Below are positions 34,869 to 43,998 of a stretch of 64,000 bases of DNA, in pieces; position 1 is the first letter of the stretch, and every line of letters starts with the position of its first letter. Position numbers and translations under genes: made by a program. This stretch comes from Dehalococcoidia bacterium (GTDB lineage Bacteria; Chloroflexota; Dehalococcoidia; Lucifugimonadales; G963668185). The notes beneath the pieces are model-generated. The model was given only the letters and a program-made list of their open reading frames with translations, made no database searches and had not been told where the DNA came from. The stretch lies in contig CBDFLT010000009.1 in assembly GCA_965249225.1 (NCBI GenBank), forward strand, positions 91,742 to 155,741, in the 5' to 3' direction.

Positions 34869-37800
34869 CTACATGGTGAGCCTCTTATACAGGAACAGCA
34901 GCCGCTGAGGTAGAGCGTAGATATCGTCCAGGATCTCGTACCCCATATCCTGGCACATAGTCCCGAGGTAGTCGTGGCCGTTCTTATCGACCGTCAAGCA
35001 GAAGGTCTGGACATCCTTTCTATTGGCCTCCGTAAAAGCCATCTTGGTGTCGTGGACGGCGTACTCCTTTTCAACACCCTCGCGGCTGTAACCCCTATCC
35101 TGCGGCCTTCCATCGCTGATCAGGAACAGGAGCTTGGTGCGCGCGTCCTGATTCTCCAGCTTGTAGGTGGCGTGGCGAATGGCGGGGCCCATGCGAGTAG
35201 CATGTAGAGGAGCGATCCGATCGATCCGCTTCTTGACTCGTGCGGAGAAGCTCTCCTCGATGTCTTTGATGGTGTAGAACTCCACATTCTCCCGGCCATA
35301 CCCGGAGAAGCCGTAGATCCCGTACACGTCGCCGATGGACTCCAGAGCGTTGATCAGCAGGACCACCGCCTCCTTCTCCACATCTATGATCCGCTTATAG
35401 GAGCGGCGAGCACGATCGCCCCTGCGGGTCCGGAGCCAGGCCATATACTCGACCGGATCGTCGGGGGCGTCCCAATCGCCAGCCAGCTTCCTGGCCTCGT
35501 CGATGGCCTCGGCGGTCGACGCGCTTATGTCGAGGAGGAAGACCACGGCCACGTCCCGCAATACCTTGTTCCGCCGCCAGTAGAGCTTGTCGCTAGGACT
35601 GACGCCGGTCCGCATATCGACGAAGGCCTCAACCACATCGTCGAAGTCGATCTCCTCTCCGTCCTCCAGTTTTCTCACCTTGCGGAACATCTCGGGGACC
35701 ATCAATTCGAACTGGCGCCGTATCTGAGTCACCAGAGAGCCATAAGAGTGGAGGATATTGCCGTAGTAGCCGTCGTCTCCCTCGGCCATGGACTTCTGCC
35801 GCACTATGCACCACCTAGGCTTGTAGTCTTCGGCCCGGAAGTCCCACTCGTCATACACGAAGGTCTGCGGTTCGGTGACTTCCAGAGACCCGCCTTCCTC
35901 GTCAACGTGGACTAACGGTCCCTGTCCGAACTCCTGATCAGGCGGCATATGAAGCCCCGCCTCTTTGAGAATGTTGTTGGCGAATGTGGCGCCGGTCTGC
36001 CGCATGTCGTCCGGCACCGCCTCGAGGTCCAGCTCCGCGCTCTCCTTGAGAAACTCCTCCAGTATCTTCGACGAGATGGGCACCGAATCGTCACCCGCCT
36101 CGTGGCGCTGCCCTCTGAGCGTCTCCAGAAGCTGCACCAGCTCAGGTTTAAAGTCGCCCCTGTAGTCCACGTCCTGAATCGACTGGAACTCCTGCTCCTG
36201 CTCCTCCTCCGGTTCCATGGGTTGGCCGAGCTGCTGGAGTAGGCCCTGAACATCTTCCTCCTCTCCGTCCATGTAAGAGTCGTCGCCCGCATCCTCAAGG
36301 TCCAGGTCCTCCCACTCCTCTTCGGGAAGTCCCACGTTGGGGATCTGAGAGAGGATGGCGTAGATGCGAATCGTGGCCTCGGAGACATCCTCCACGGTGG
36401 CCTCGGGCGAAAAGACTCGCCTGGCTATCCTGACGATCCTGCGCGCCTCCTCGACGTAAGGACTCGGGGCCGGCACTCTCTTATCCTGCTGGAGGCTCAA
36501 CCTGACCAGTAGCTCCACCATCGCCTCCCGCATAGGAAGGAACTGGACCTCGGGCCGTTCCTGGATCGCGTCCGACTGGACGACGGTATAGGTGCGTCGG
36601 ATGCCCGGATACTCGAATTTGACCCGTGCGTCCAATCTTCCGTCCTCGACCACGGTAAAAATTTCTAGCGCCAGCCTCCGGTCATCGAACAGGCTGAAGA
36701 ACCGCTGCATGTCGGTGAGCCAGGCTCGTTCCACGCCCTCCGCGTTGGGCTGCGGCTCTGGATGGTCGTCGAGAGCCCGCGCCTGATTCCTCTCTTCCAC
36801 CTCCATTCTCACGTCCTTAAAGAGGTTCGAAGGCCTGTCGAAGTCGAAACGGAAGCTACCGAATTCCAGGTGAGAAACCTGGTGAGTGGAGACCACTTTA
36901 AACCACAAGAAGTTCTGGTCTTTAGAGGAGTAGCGATCGACGAGCGGCGGCAAGAACACAGTCGAACCCTCGGTGGAGGGTGCCTCACTCGACACCCAGC
37001 CTATGTTCTTGCCCACCAGCTGACCGGCGTCGGAGAGCTTTATCTCGGCCCCCGCCAGCGCGCGGCAGTACATTTGCAGCACGTCTTTCACGCGAGAGAA
37101 CTCGACGGCCGATGAAAGAGCCTCGAGGAGAGCTTCCGAGCGGGCCGACTCGATCCTGAAAAATGCGATCCCTCTATCGGAGTTCTGCTGAAGAACACGG
37201 AGGCCTTCCTCGAACCAGACCTCCAGCCGGTTCATGGTGATGCGATCTAGCACAGGAGGACAGCTCTTGACGAAATCGGGTACGGCTGAGGGCGAGACTT
37301 TGAGCAACGACTCGGAGAGCTTGAGAACGCGCTCATGGTTTACGTGCTCCAGCTGGCCGAGGGCCTGGGAAATCTCCAGCATCACGGTAGGTATATTGGT
37401 GTCGCCACTACTGACCAGGCCCTCGGCCAGCTGGAGGAAACGCAGGCGCTGGCCGGGGTCGACGCGGGGCAGCGCCCTGGAACTCGCTTCGAAGAAGCTC
37501 TTGACCTGCCTCCAGCCGGTATCGACCAGGGTAGAGGCCAGGGAGATGAACGCTTCCTTGTCGTCACCAACCAGTGAGAACAGGCGCCGGCTGAGGGCAA
37601 GGCACTCGGCGGAATGGTCGTAAGAGCGATTGGACAGCGCCTCAAGGAAGGCGACGAACCGGCAAACTTCCTTAAACGTGAGGCTTTCGAGAAGCTCTGG
37701 GGTCGCCTCGAAGAACCTGCACGACAGGGTGCTTGACTTCCAGGTGCCCTTGTACAGTGTGCCGCCGAGGTGGGCCCAGCTCTCGATGTGACGCGACCTC

Positions 37801-38144
37801 AGCTTCTTCATCGCCGCGGGACTGGCCTGAAAATAGGCTGTGGCCAGCGACGGCGACGCCTCACAAAGCTTGCTTCCCGCCTGAGCCCAAGTCACGAAGT
37901 AGCTAAAGGGCATATACCCCACCACTTCGGGGCTAACCTTGTAGTATTGGACCGCCGCCTCCCAGGAGCGCACGGTCTGCTTCGACACCTCCGCGCCGGT
38001 CTGTGCCCACTGAACGATCTGCTGTCCCGTCAGCACTTTCGACATCGGGCCGGAGGCAACCTTGAACTCCTCCAGCACGGAGGCTGGGAGGCGGCGAATC
38101 TCTTCTTCTATCTCAGCGAGCCTTGAGGCTACGGCCTCTTCCAC
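34869..38144 (-). CDS. Large CbbO/NorD-like protein with a C-terminal von Willebrand factor A domain
   Basis: The 1091-aa ORF has a helical N-terminal roughly 600 aa and an acidic linker (EEEWEDLDLEDAGDDSYMDGEEED...EPEEEQEQE). The C-terminal VWA domain has a MIDAS DxSxS motif (VVFLLDISAST). It lies downstream of a CbbQ/NorQ-type AAA+ gene. Confidence 0.75.
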   Translation of the reverse strand: MEEAVASRLAEIEEEIRRLPASVLEEFKVASGPMSKVLTGQQIVQWAQTGAEVSKQTVRSWEAAVQYYKVSPEVVGYMPFSYFVTWAQAGSKLCEASPSLATAYFQASPAAMKKLRSRHIESWAHLGGTLYKGTWKSSTLSCRFFEATPELLESLTFKEVCRFVAFLEALSNRSYDHSAECLALSRRLFSLVGDDKEAFISLASTLVDTGWRQVKSFFEASSRALPRVDPGQRLRFLQLAEGLVSSGDTNIPTVMLEISQALGQLEHVNHERVLKLSESLLKVSPSAVPDFVKSCPPVLDRITMNRLEVWFEEGLRVLQQNSDRGIAFFRIESARSEALLEALSSAVEFSRVKDVLQMYCRALAGAEIKLSDAGQLVGKNIGWVSSEAPSTEGSTVFLPPLVDRYSSKDQNFLWFKVVSTHQVSHLEFGSFRFDFDRPSNLFKDVRMEVEERNQARALDDHPEPQPNAEGVERAWLTDMQRFFSLFDDRRLALEIFTVVEDGRLDARVKFEYPGIRRTYTVVQSDAIQERPEVQFLPMREAMVELLVRLSLQQDKRVPAPSPYVEEARRIVRIARRVFSPEATVEDVSEATIRIYAILSQIPNVGLPEEEWEDLDLEDAGDDSYMDGEEEDVQGLLQQLGQPMEPEEEQEQEFQSIQDVDYRGDFKPELVQLLETLRGQRHEAGDDSVPISSKILEEFLKESAELDLEAVPDDMRQTGATFANNILKEAGLHMPPDQEFGQGPLVHVDEEGGSLEVTEPQTFVYDEWDFRAEDYKPRWCIVRQKSMAEGDDGYYGNILHSYGSLVTQIRRQFELMVPEMFRKVRKLEDGEEIDFDDVVEAFVDMRTGVSPSDKLYWRRNKVLRDVAVVFLLDISASTAEAIDEARKLAGDWDAPDDPVEYMAWLRTRRGDRARRSYKRIIDVEKEAVVLLINALESIGDVYGIYGFSGYGRENVEFYTIKDIEESFSARVKKRIDRIAPLHATRMGPAIRHATYKLENQDARTKLLFLISDGRPQDRGYSREGVEKEYAVHDTKMAFTEANRKDVQTFCLTVDKNGHDYLGTMCQDMGYEILDDIYALPQRLLFLYKRLTM

Positions 38145-38728
38145 GGCGCATCCTTCTCCACAGCGCCCTCAATCAGTCTCAAGAAGTTGCCCAAGACTTT
38201 GGCGGTGGCACCGAATATCAAGTTGCCGTTATAAGAATAGCATGGGTAGTGGACCAGCTGGCCGTTGGCGATTCGAACCTCGTCTCGAAAGCTGCGTTCG
38301 TCCAGCAGCCCGGACAGCGGTACGTCCAACACCTCGGCCACTTCTACCTCACTCGGCTTGAAGTCGTAGGGGTAAGGGATGGAGCCGACGAAGGGGCTGA
38401 TTAAATATCCCGTGCCCGTGGCCACGTCATCCAGGCTACCGAGGACCTCTACATGGCGCGGCTCGACTCCCAACTCCTCGTGTGTCTCACGCAGCGCGGT
38501 GTCCAGCAGGGTCTCGTCGCCTTCGTCCATTCGGCCTCCGGGGAAGGAGATCTCTCCCTTGTGGTGCTCGACAACGTGGGTGCGACGGCTTAGCAGGACG
38601 CAGTACTCCCCTTCCTTTGGGTAGAGGAACAGCATCACGCCGGCGGGAACAAGAGAGTCGTTGACAAGAGTCCTGCTGGGGTTGGAGGAGAGGATTCGTC
38701 GAATCGTATCGAGTATTGGGGCTCCCAT
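38129..38728 (-). CDS. Nudix hydrolase, CoA pyrophosphatase type
   Basis: It has the Nudix box GGRMDEGDETLLDTALRETHEELGV, preceded by the CoA-type motif VLLSRRTHVVEHHKGEISFPGG. It overlaps the VWA gene start by 16 nt. Confidence 0.8.
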   Translation of the reverse strand: MGAPILDTIRRILSSNPSRTLVNDSLVPAGVMLFLYPKEGEYCVLLSRRTHVVEHHKGEISFPGGRMDEGDETLLDTALRETHEELGVEPRHVEVLGSLDDVATGTGYLISPFVGSIPYPYDFKPSEVEVAEVLDVPLSGLLDERSFRDEVRIANGQLVHYPCYSYNGNLIFGATAKVLGNFLRLIEGAVEKDAPWKRP

Positions 38729-38787
38729 CTAACCTGGCCCACCCGTGCGCCGGGCGACGAAAACCGCACTGGGCATGCAATCTCCTC

Positions 38788-39693
38788 CTACTCGAAGACG
38801 GACGAGATCACTTCCTCGATACTGCGCTGCACCGACGCGTCGTCGGTCACCGCCCAGTTGACGGCCACCTGGCAGGCCCTTCTCGGTGCGATACCCTGAG
38901 ACATCATCTTGCCGGCGTAGATCAGGAGCCTCGTGCTGGCCCCTTCCCCGAGGCCGTGCTCCTTCAGATTGCGCACCTTTGAGCCCAGCTTAGCCAGCTG
39001 CAGGGCCGTTGCCGCGTCGATGCCGGACTCGTGCTCTACCACCTCCGCCTCCTTCTCCATGGGGGGGTAGTCGAACTCGAGGGCGATGAACCGTTGCCTG
39101 GTGCTGTGCTTCAGGTCCTTCAGAGCGCTCTGGTAACCGGGGTTATACGATAGGATCAGTAGAAAGCCGTCGGCGGCCTCGAGAAGCTCGCCTCGCTTTT
39201 CCACGGGCAGAATACGACGATGGTCGGTCAGCGGATGAATGAGCACGGTCGTATCTTTCCTGGCCTCTACGATCTCATCGAGGTAACATATGCCACCCGC
39301 CTTGACGGCGCGGGTCAGGGGGCCGTCGATCCAGATGGTGCTATCTCCTTGAAGCAGGTACCGGCCGACCAGGTCGCTGGCCGTCAGGTCCTCGTGGCAG
39401 GCGATGGTAATGAGGGGGATACCGCGCCCACCTGCGGCCTTGCCCGTGCCGTCATCGCTCTTGGGTCTCTTCTTGACCTTAGTCAGCGAGGCCCCCAGCC
39501 GGTACGACATATACTCGACGAAACGGGTCTTGCCGCATCCCGTCGGTCCTTTGAACAGAACGGGTAGCTTCTGGTGATAGGCCGCCTCAAATAGCTCAAT
39601 CTCGTCCCCTACCGGCACATAGTACGGCTCTCTCTCCAGGTGATATTCCTCGATGATATAGCTTCTATAAAGCGTCCTTTTCGGGCTGGTCAT
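38788..39693 (-). CDS. CbbQ/NirQ/NorQ/GvpN-family AAA+ ATPase (MoxR-like)
   Basis: It has a Walker A ([10 protein letters not shown]), [20 protein letters not shown], and a Walker B ([10 protein letters not shown]). A Lys/Gly-rich insertion of about 20 aa ([23 protein letters not shown]) follows the P-loop helix. Confidence 0.8.
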   Translation of the reverse strand: MTSPKRTLYRSYIIEEYHLEREPYYVPVGDEIELFEAAYHQKLPVLFKGPTGCGKTRFVEYMSYRLGASLTKVKKRPKSDDGTGKAAGGRGIPLITIACHEDLTASDLVGRYLLQGDSTIWIDGPLTRAVKAGGICYLDEIVEARKDTTVLIHPLTDHRRILPVEKRGELLEAADGFLLILSYNPGYQSALKDLKHSTRQRFIALEFDYPPMEKEAEVVEHESGIDAATALQLAKLGSKVRNLKEHGLGEGASTRLLIYAGKMMSQGIAPRRACQVAVNWAVTDDASVQRSIEEVISSVFE

Positions 39694-39695
39694 GC

Positions 39696-40316
39696 TTAGT
39701 GTGTTTTCTCCATATGCGCCAGCACTCGCTGGTCCCAGAGTTTCGATACCTGCTCTCTCAGGTCGTCAAGGCTGCCGCCGTTATCGACAACGACGTCCGC
39801 GCGGGTTATGCGTTCGTGCTGTGGCATTTGAGACCGGATGCGTGCGCGGGTGGCCTTGGGGTCCGTACCACTTCGGTGCCTGACCCGGTCAATCGCCTCC
39901 TCTTCGGGTACCGTGGTCACCCATATCTCGGTCGCAAGTGACGACCAGCCGGCCTCCAGCAAAAGGGCGGCCTCTACGACGACCGCCTTCGTTCCCTGGT
40001 CTCGCAGCCTTTCGATCCGCTCCAGGACCATCTTGAAGATGCGAGGATGCGTAATCGAGTCGAGCCGCTTAAGGGCAACCGCATCGTTGAATACGATCGC
40101 GCCGAGCCTCTTGCGGTCCACCTCGCCGTCATGCGTAAGAACATCCTCACCAAAGGCCTCAACCACCTCACGCCACGCTTGAGTATGGGGCCTGTACACC
40201 TCGTGGCCGAGCAGGTCTGCGTCGATAATCTCTGAACCGAGGCCCCTCAGAATCTTCGACACTTCAGTCTTGCCGGTGCCGATGCCACCGGTGAGGCCTA
40301 TTACGATCATATCCAC
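39696..40316 (-). CDS. coaE: Dephospho-CoA kinase
   Basis: [18 protein letters not shown] is the P-loop, and the rest of the sequence is typical of CoaE. The stop lies 2 nt before the AAA+ start. Confidence 0.88.
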   Translation of the reverse strand: MDMIVIGLTGGIGTGKTEVSKILRGLGSEIIDADLLGHEVYRPHTQAWREVVEAFGEDVLTHDGEVDRKRLGAIVFNDAVALKRLDSITHPRIFKMVLERIERLRDQGTKAVVVEAALLLEAGWSSLATEIWVTTVPEEEAIDRVRHRSGTDPKATRARIRSQMPQHERITRADVVVDNGGSLDDLREQVSKLWDQRVLAHMEKTH

Positions 40317-40430
40317 CTGACTTCGTGAAGCACCCTACAGTCTATCAAGTGCACGTCCGCAGGGCAATAGCGGACCGCTCGTGTGCGGACCAACGTGACC
40401 CGCCCCACGCCGACAAAGCAACCGGTGCGC

Positions 40431-40436
40431 TATAAT
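40431..40436 (+). promoter_or_regulatory. Perfect TATAAT -10 hexamer upstream of selA
   Basis: The hexamer lies 64 nt upstream of ATG 40500. It is followed by the leader hairpin GGGGCCG-N12-CGGCCCC (40454-40479). Confidence 0.3.
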
Positions 40437-40499
40437 AGGCTCGTTGTATTTTCGGGGCCGGGACGCCGAGGACGGCCCCGCCGGTCTCAGGGTTACGAT

Positions 40500-41873
40500 A
40501 TGGCCACCCAGTTTCGATCCCTTCCCAGCGTAGACTCGATTCTTTCCGACCAGCGCGTGCAGCGACTGGTGGAGGAGTACTCACACCAGGCGGTGCTGGA
40601 TCTGGTCAGGTCCAGGCTGGAAAATGTCCGCAAAACCATTTCCCAGGGGCTGGATGCACCGGACTTCGACGAGGTGGTGCGAGCTGTCGAAGAGAGCGCA
40701 ACAGTGCTGTGGCACCCATGGCCCGAGCCGGTCATCAACGCGACCGGAGTCATCCTGCACACGAACCTGGGTCGCGCGCCTCTAAGCCGCGAGGCGATGG
40801 ACGCCGTCGCCCAGGCCGGCGGCAAGTACAGCGGCCTGGAGCTGGACTTGGAGACGGGCAGGCGTGGGTCCAGGCAGGAGTACGTGGCCCGGCTGCTGTG
40901 CCAGCTCACCGGCGCCGAGGCGGCGATGGCCGTCAACAATAACGCCTCGGGCGTGCTGCTCGGCCTGGCTGCCATGGCGAGGGGCAAGGAGGTAATCGTT
41001 TCCCGAGGTGAAGCCATCGAGATCGGCGGAGGCTTCCGCATACCCGGCGTCCTCCGGCAAAGCGGCGCCGACCTGGTAGAGGTCGGAACCACCAACCGTA
41101 CCTACGTGCGAGACTTCCAGAACGCCCTCTCCGACCGCACCGGCGCTATCTTGTCGGTGCACGCAAGCAACTTCAGAGTGATGGGGTTCACCCATGCGCC
41201 CGAGATCGGGGAGCTGGTCGCGCTGGGCAAAAGCCACCAAATTCCGGTGCTTCACGACCTGGGCAGCGGCTGCCTGCTGGACACCACGCAGTTCGGCCTG
41301 GCCCAGGAGCCTATGCCCCAGGAGAGTCTCAAGGCGGGTGTGACGCTGGCGTTCATTTCGGGCGACAAGCTATTGGGCGGCCCACAGGCCGGTATCGTGT
41401 TGGGCAATCAGGACGCGGTTGCAACGCTGTCTCGCCACCCGCTCGCCCGGGCCGTGCGGATCGATAAGCTGAGCATGGCGGCGCTTACCGCCACGCTCCT
41501 TCACTATGTCCGAGATGAGGCCACCCAGAAGATACCCGTATGGCGTATGGTGGCGACCTCCGAGGAAGAGCTAAAGGCCAGGGCCGAGCGATGGAATGCT
41601 GAGCTGGGCCACCGAGCTACGGTCGCGCGAAGCGAGTCCACGATCGGTGGAGGCAGCTTACCGGGCGAGGTGATGCCGACATGGGTGCTGTGCGTCGACG
41701 CCGAGGACGTCGACGGCGGTGCCCAGGGAATCGCAGGACGGCTCCGTCATGCCAGTCCTCCCGTGATCGGACGCATCGAGGAGGAGAGGGTGCTCCTCGA
41801 CCCCAGGACGGTCCTGCCCGAAGAGGACGCGCAGCTACTCATGATAGTAGGCGAGGTACTGCCCTCAGCGTAA
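40500..41873 (+). CDS. selA: L-seryl-tRNA(Sec) selenium transferase
   Basis: I trimmed the start to MATQFRSLPSVDSILSD. The PLP-lysine motif FISGDKLLGGPQAGIV is present. Confidence 0.9.
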   Translation: MATQFRSLPSVDSILSDQRVQRLVEEYSHQAVLDLVRSRLENVRKTISQGLDAPDFDEVVRAVEESATVLWHPWPEPVINATGVILHTNLGRAPLSREAMDAVAQAGGKYSGLELDLETGRRGSRQEYVARLLCQLTGAEAAMAVNNNASGVLLGLAAMARGKEVIVSRGEAIEIGGGFRIPGVLRQSGADLVEVGTTNRTYVRDFQNALSDRTGAILSVHASNFRVMGFTHAPEIGELVALGKSHQIPVLHDLGSGCLLDTTQFGLAQEPMPQESLKAGVTLAFISGDKLLGGPQAGIVLGNQDAVATLSRHPLARAVRIDKLSMAALTATLLHYVRDEATQKIPVWRMVATSEEELKARAERWNAELGHRATVARSESTIGGGSLPGEVMPTWVLCVDAEDVDGGAQGIAGRLRHASPPVIGRIEEERVLLDPRTVLPEEDAQLLMIVGEVLPSA

Positions 41874-41944
41874 CCCGTGTGCTAACCGGACAGCTAATAG
41901 TTCTGAGGGGCGGAGCGTCCGCCGGACGCCGTCCAGGGAGGGCC

Positions 41945-41977
41945 GGGTGGGAAATCAACCTGGGGGTGGGGCGCCAC
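41945..41977 (+). repeat. G-rich intergenic repeat, copy C (degenerate)
   Basis: GGGTGGGAAATCAACCTGGGGGTGGGGCGCCAC resembles copies A and B. Confidence 0.5.
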
Positions 41978-42023
41978 CGATGGCTCGAGAGCTTAGTTCA
42001 ACCACTTAGCCAACCGGACCGAC

Positions 42024-42323
42024 ATGCCACAATCACGAAACTTCGACCGGCCTCAGTCCCGCTTGCTCCGCCAGGTTTCCGTGCCCACCGAGGTGGACCT
42101 GCACGGTATGAGGGTCAGGGACGCCCTGGACAAGCTGGACCGCTATCTTGACGACGCCGCGGTCGCCGGGATTCCCTGGGTTAGAATTATCCACGGCAAG
42201 GGAGCGGGAACGCTGAAACGGGCGGTGCTCGACCACATCGCCGATCATCCCCTGGTCGAAAGCCACGAGCCGGCTTCGCCCGCGGAAGGCGGCGGAGGCG
42301 TGACCATCGCCAAGCTGACCTAA
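42024..42323 (+). CDS. Smr-domain protein (MutS2 C-terminal-like nuclease domain)
   Basis: The 99-aa ORF contains VDLHGMRVRDALDKLDRYLDDAAVAGIPWVRIIHGKGAGTLKRAV. Confidence 0.8.
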   Translation: MPQSRNFDRPQSRLLRQVSVPTEVDLHGMRVRDALDKLDRYLDDAAVAGIPWVRIIHGKGAGTLKRAVLDHIADHPLVESHEPASPAEGGGGVTIAKLT

Positions 42324-42386
42324 GTCGGGATGGTCCTTCCGGGGAAGGACGAGACACCGTCCGGGGCGGGGTGGAGCGACTTCATA

Positions 42387-42434
42387 CACCCCAGGGTGGG
42401 TGGGAATAACCACCCTGGAGTGGGGTGATCACGC
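42387..42434 (+). repeat. G-rich intergenic repeat, copy A (can fold as a 9-bp hairpin)
   Basis: The sequence is CACCCCAGGGTGGGTGGGAATAACCACCCTGGAGTGGGGTGATCACGC. The stem is CCAGGGTGG (42391-42399) / CCACCCTGG (42410-42418). Confidence 0.7.
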
Positions 42435-42450
42435 AAGGACAAGACACACC

Positions 42451-43812
42451 ATGACCCTGTTCGAACACCACGGCAAGGGCCAGCTTAAGCGGGGCGCTCC
42501 CCTGGCGGCAAGAATGCGCCCGCGCTCCTTCGACGAGTTCGTGGGCCAGCAGCACCTGGTCGCGTCCGGACGGGTGCTCCGCAGGAGTATCGAGTCGGAC
42601 CAGCTCCCATCCATCATCCTGTGGGGACCCCCTGGCACGGGGAAGACCACCCTAGCCCTCCTGATCGCCGAAGCCACCAAGAGCCACTTCAGCCAGGTCA
42701 GCGCCGTCGCCTCGGGGGTGGCGGACCTGCGCCGTATAGTAAAAGAAGCCCAGGAGCGGCTAGGAATGCATGGGCAGCGAACCATCCTCTTCATAGATGA
42801 GATACACCGGTTCAACAAGGCCCAGCAGGATGTCATACTCCCCTATGTGGAGAACGGGACGGTGGTGCTAATAGGCGCGACAACCGAGAACCCGTCGTTC
42901 GAGGTCGTCTCGCCGCTCCTATCGCGCAGCCGCGTCTTCACACTGGAGCCCTTGACCGACCAGCAGATAGAGCAGATCGTGCGCGGCGCGGTGGAGGACG
43001 AGGAGCGGGGGCTCGCTTCCCTCCGGCCGGAGCTCGACGCCGAAGCCCTCGAGGCGCTGGTCACACTGTCCAACGGCGACGCCCGGGTGGCCCTCAACGC
43101 CCTGGAGATGGCGGCATCGGCGACGGCCCAGGACGAGTCGAAGGCTCGCCGCATATCCGTCGAGACCATCGAGGACGCCATGCAGCGGCGGGCGCTGCTC
43201 TACGACAAGGCCGGCGACCAGCACTACGACACCATATCGGCGTTCATCAAGTCGATGCGCGGCTCAGACCCCGACGCGGCCATCTACTGGCTGGGACGGA
43301 TGATCGAGGCCGGCGAGGACCCGATGTTTATCGCGCGGCGTCTGGTCATCCTGGCGGCCGAGGACGTGGGGATGGCCGACCCCCAGGCCCTCTCGGTGGC
43401 GGTGGCGACGCAACAGGCCGTTCACTTCGTCGGAATGCCCGAGGGCCGCATACCGCTGGCCGAGGCCACCGTTTACCTGGCCACGGCACCCAAGAGCAAC
43501 TCGGCCTACAAGGCAATCAACCAGGCCATCGAGGACGCGCGCAACACCCGGAACGATCCCGTGCCGCTGCACCTGCGCAATCCAGTCACGGGGCTAATGC
43601 GAGGTAAGGGCTACGGCAAGGACTACAAGTACTCCCACGACCACGAGGGCCACTTCGCCCCGATGCAGAACCTCCCCGATAGGCTCAAGGGACGCCGCTA
43701 CTACGAGCCCGGTGACCAGGGCTTCGAGCGGGAGGTGACCGAACGCCTCCGGCGGTGGTGGGGGAAGGGGAAGAAGGAGAGAGCAGAAACGGACTCCGGT
43801 TCGGACACTTGA
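42451..43812 (+). CDS. rarA: Replication-associated recombination protein A (RarA/MgsA AAA+ ATPase)
   Basis: It has a Walker A (WGPPGTGKTT), a Walker B (ILFIDEIHRFNK) and the MgsA C-terminal region (HYDTISAFIKSMRGSDPDAAIYWL). I trimmed the start to ATG 42451. Confidence 0.9.
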   Translation: MTLFEHHGKGQLKRGAPLAARMRPRSFDEFVGQQHLVASGRVLRRSIESDQLPSIILWGPPGTGKTTLALLIAEATKSHFSQVSAVASGVADLRRIVKEAQERLGMHGQRTILFIDEIHRFNKAQQDVILPYVENGTVVLIGATTENPSFEVVSPLLSRSRVFTLEPLTDQQIEQIVRGAVEDEERGLASLRPELDAEALEALVTLSNGDARVALNALEMAASATAQDESKARRISVETIEDAMQRRALLYDKAGDQHYDTISAFIKSMRGSDPDAAIYWLGRMIEAGEDPMFIARRLVILAAEDVGMADPQALSVAVATQQAVHFVGMPEGRIPLAEATVYLATAPKSNSAYKAINQAIEDARNTRNDPVPLHLRNPVTGLMRGKGYGKDYKYSHDHEGHFAPMQNLPDRLKGRRYYEPGDQGFEREVTERLRRWWGKGKKERAETDSGSDT

Positions 43813-43892
43813 CCCAGGCTCGTTCGCCCAGCCTACATGAATCCGATACTTTGTCGCCGCCGACCTAAAACCCGGTTACGAAGGAGGTGGCT

Positions 43893-43994
43893 ATGACGCC
43901 GGAGCAAAAAGCACAGAGGATGCGGGAGGGGGTCGGCCTTCCCTCGTCTCCACCAGACAGTAGTGACAACACATCCACTAGGGAGATTTGCTAA
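43893..43994 (+). CDS. Candidate 33-aa small ORF
   Basis: An ATG lies 4 nt after AAGGAGGTG, encoding MTPEQKAQRMREGVGLPSSPPDSSDNTSTREIC. It is below the ORF-track cutoff. Confidence 0.3.
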   Translation: MTPEQKAQRMREGVGLPSSPPDSSDNTSTREIC

Positions 43995-43998
43995 CACC

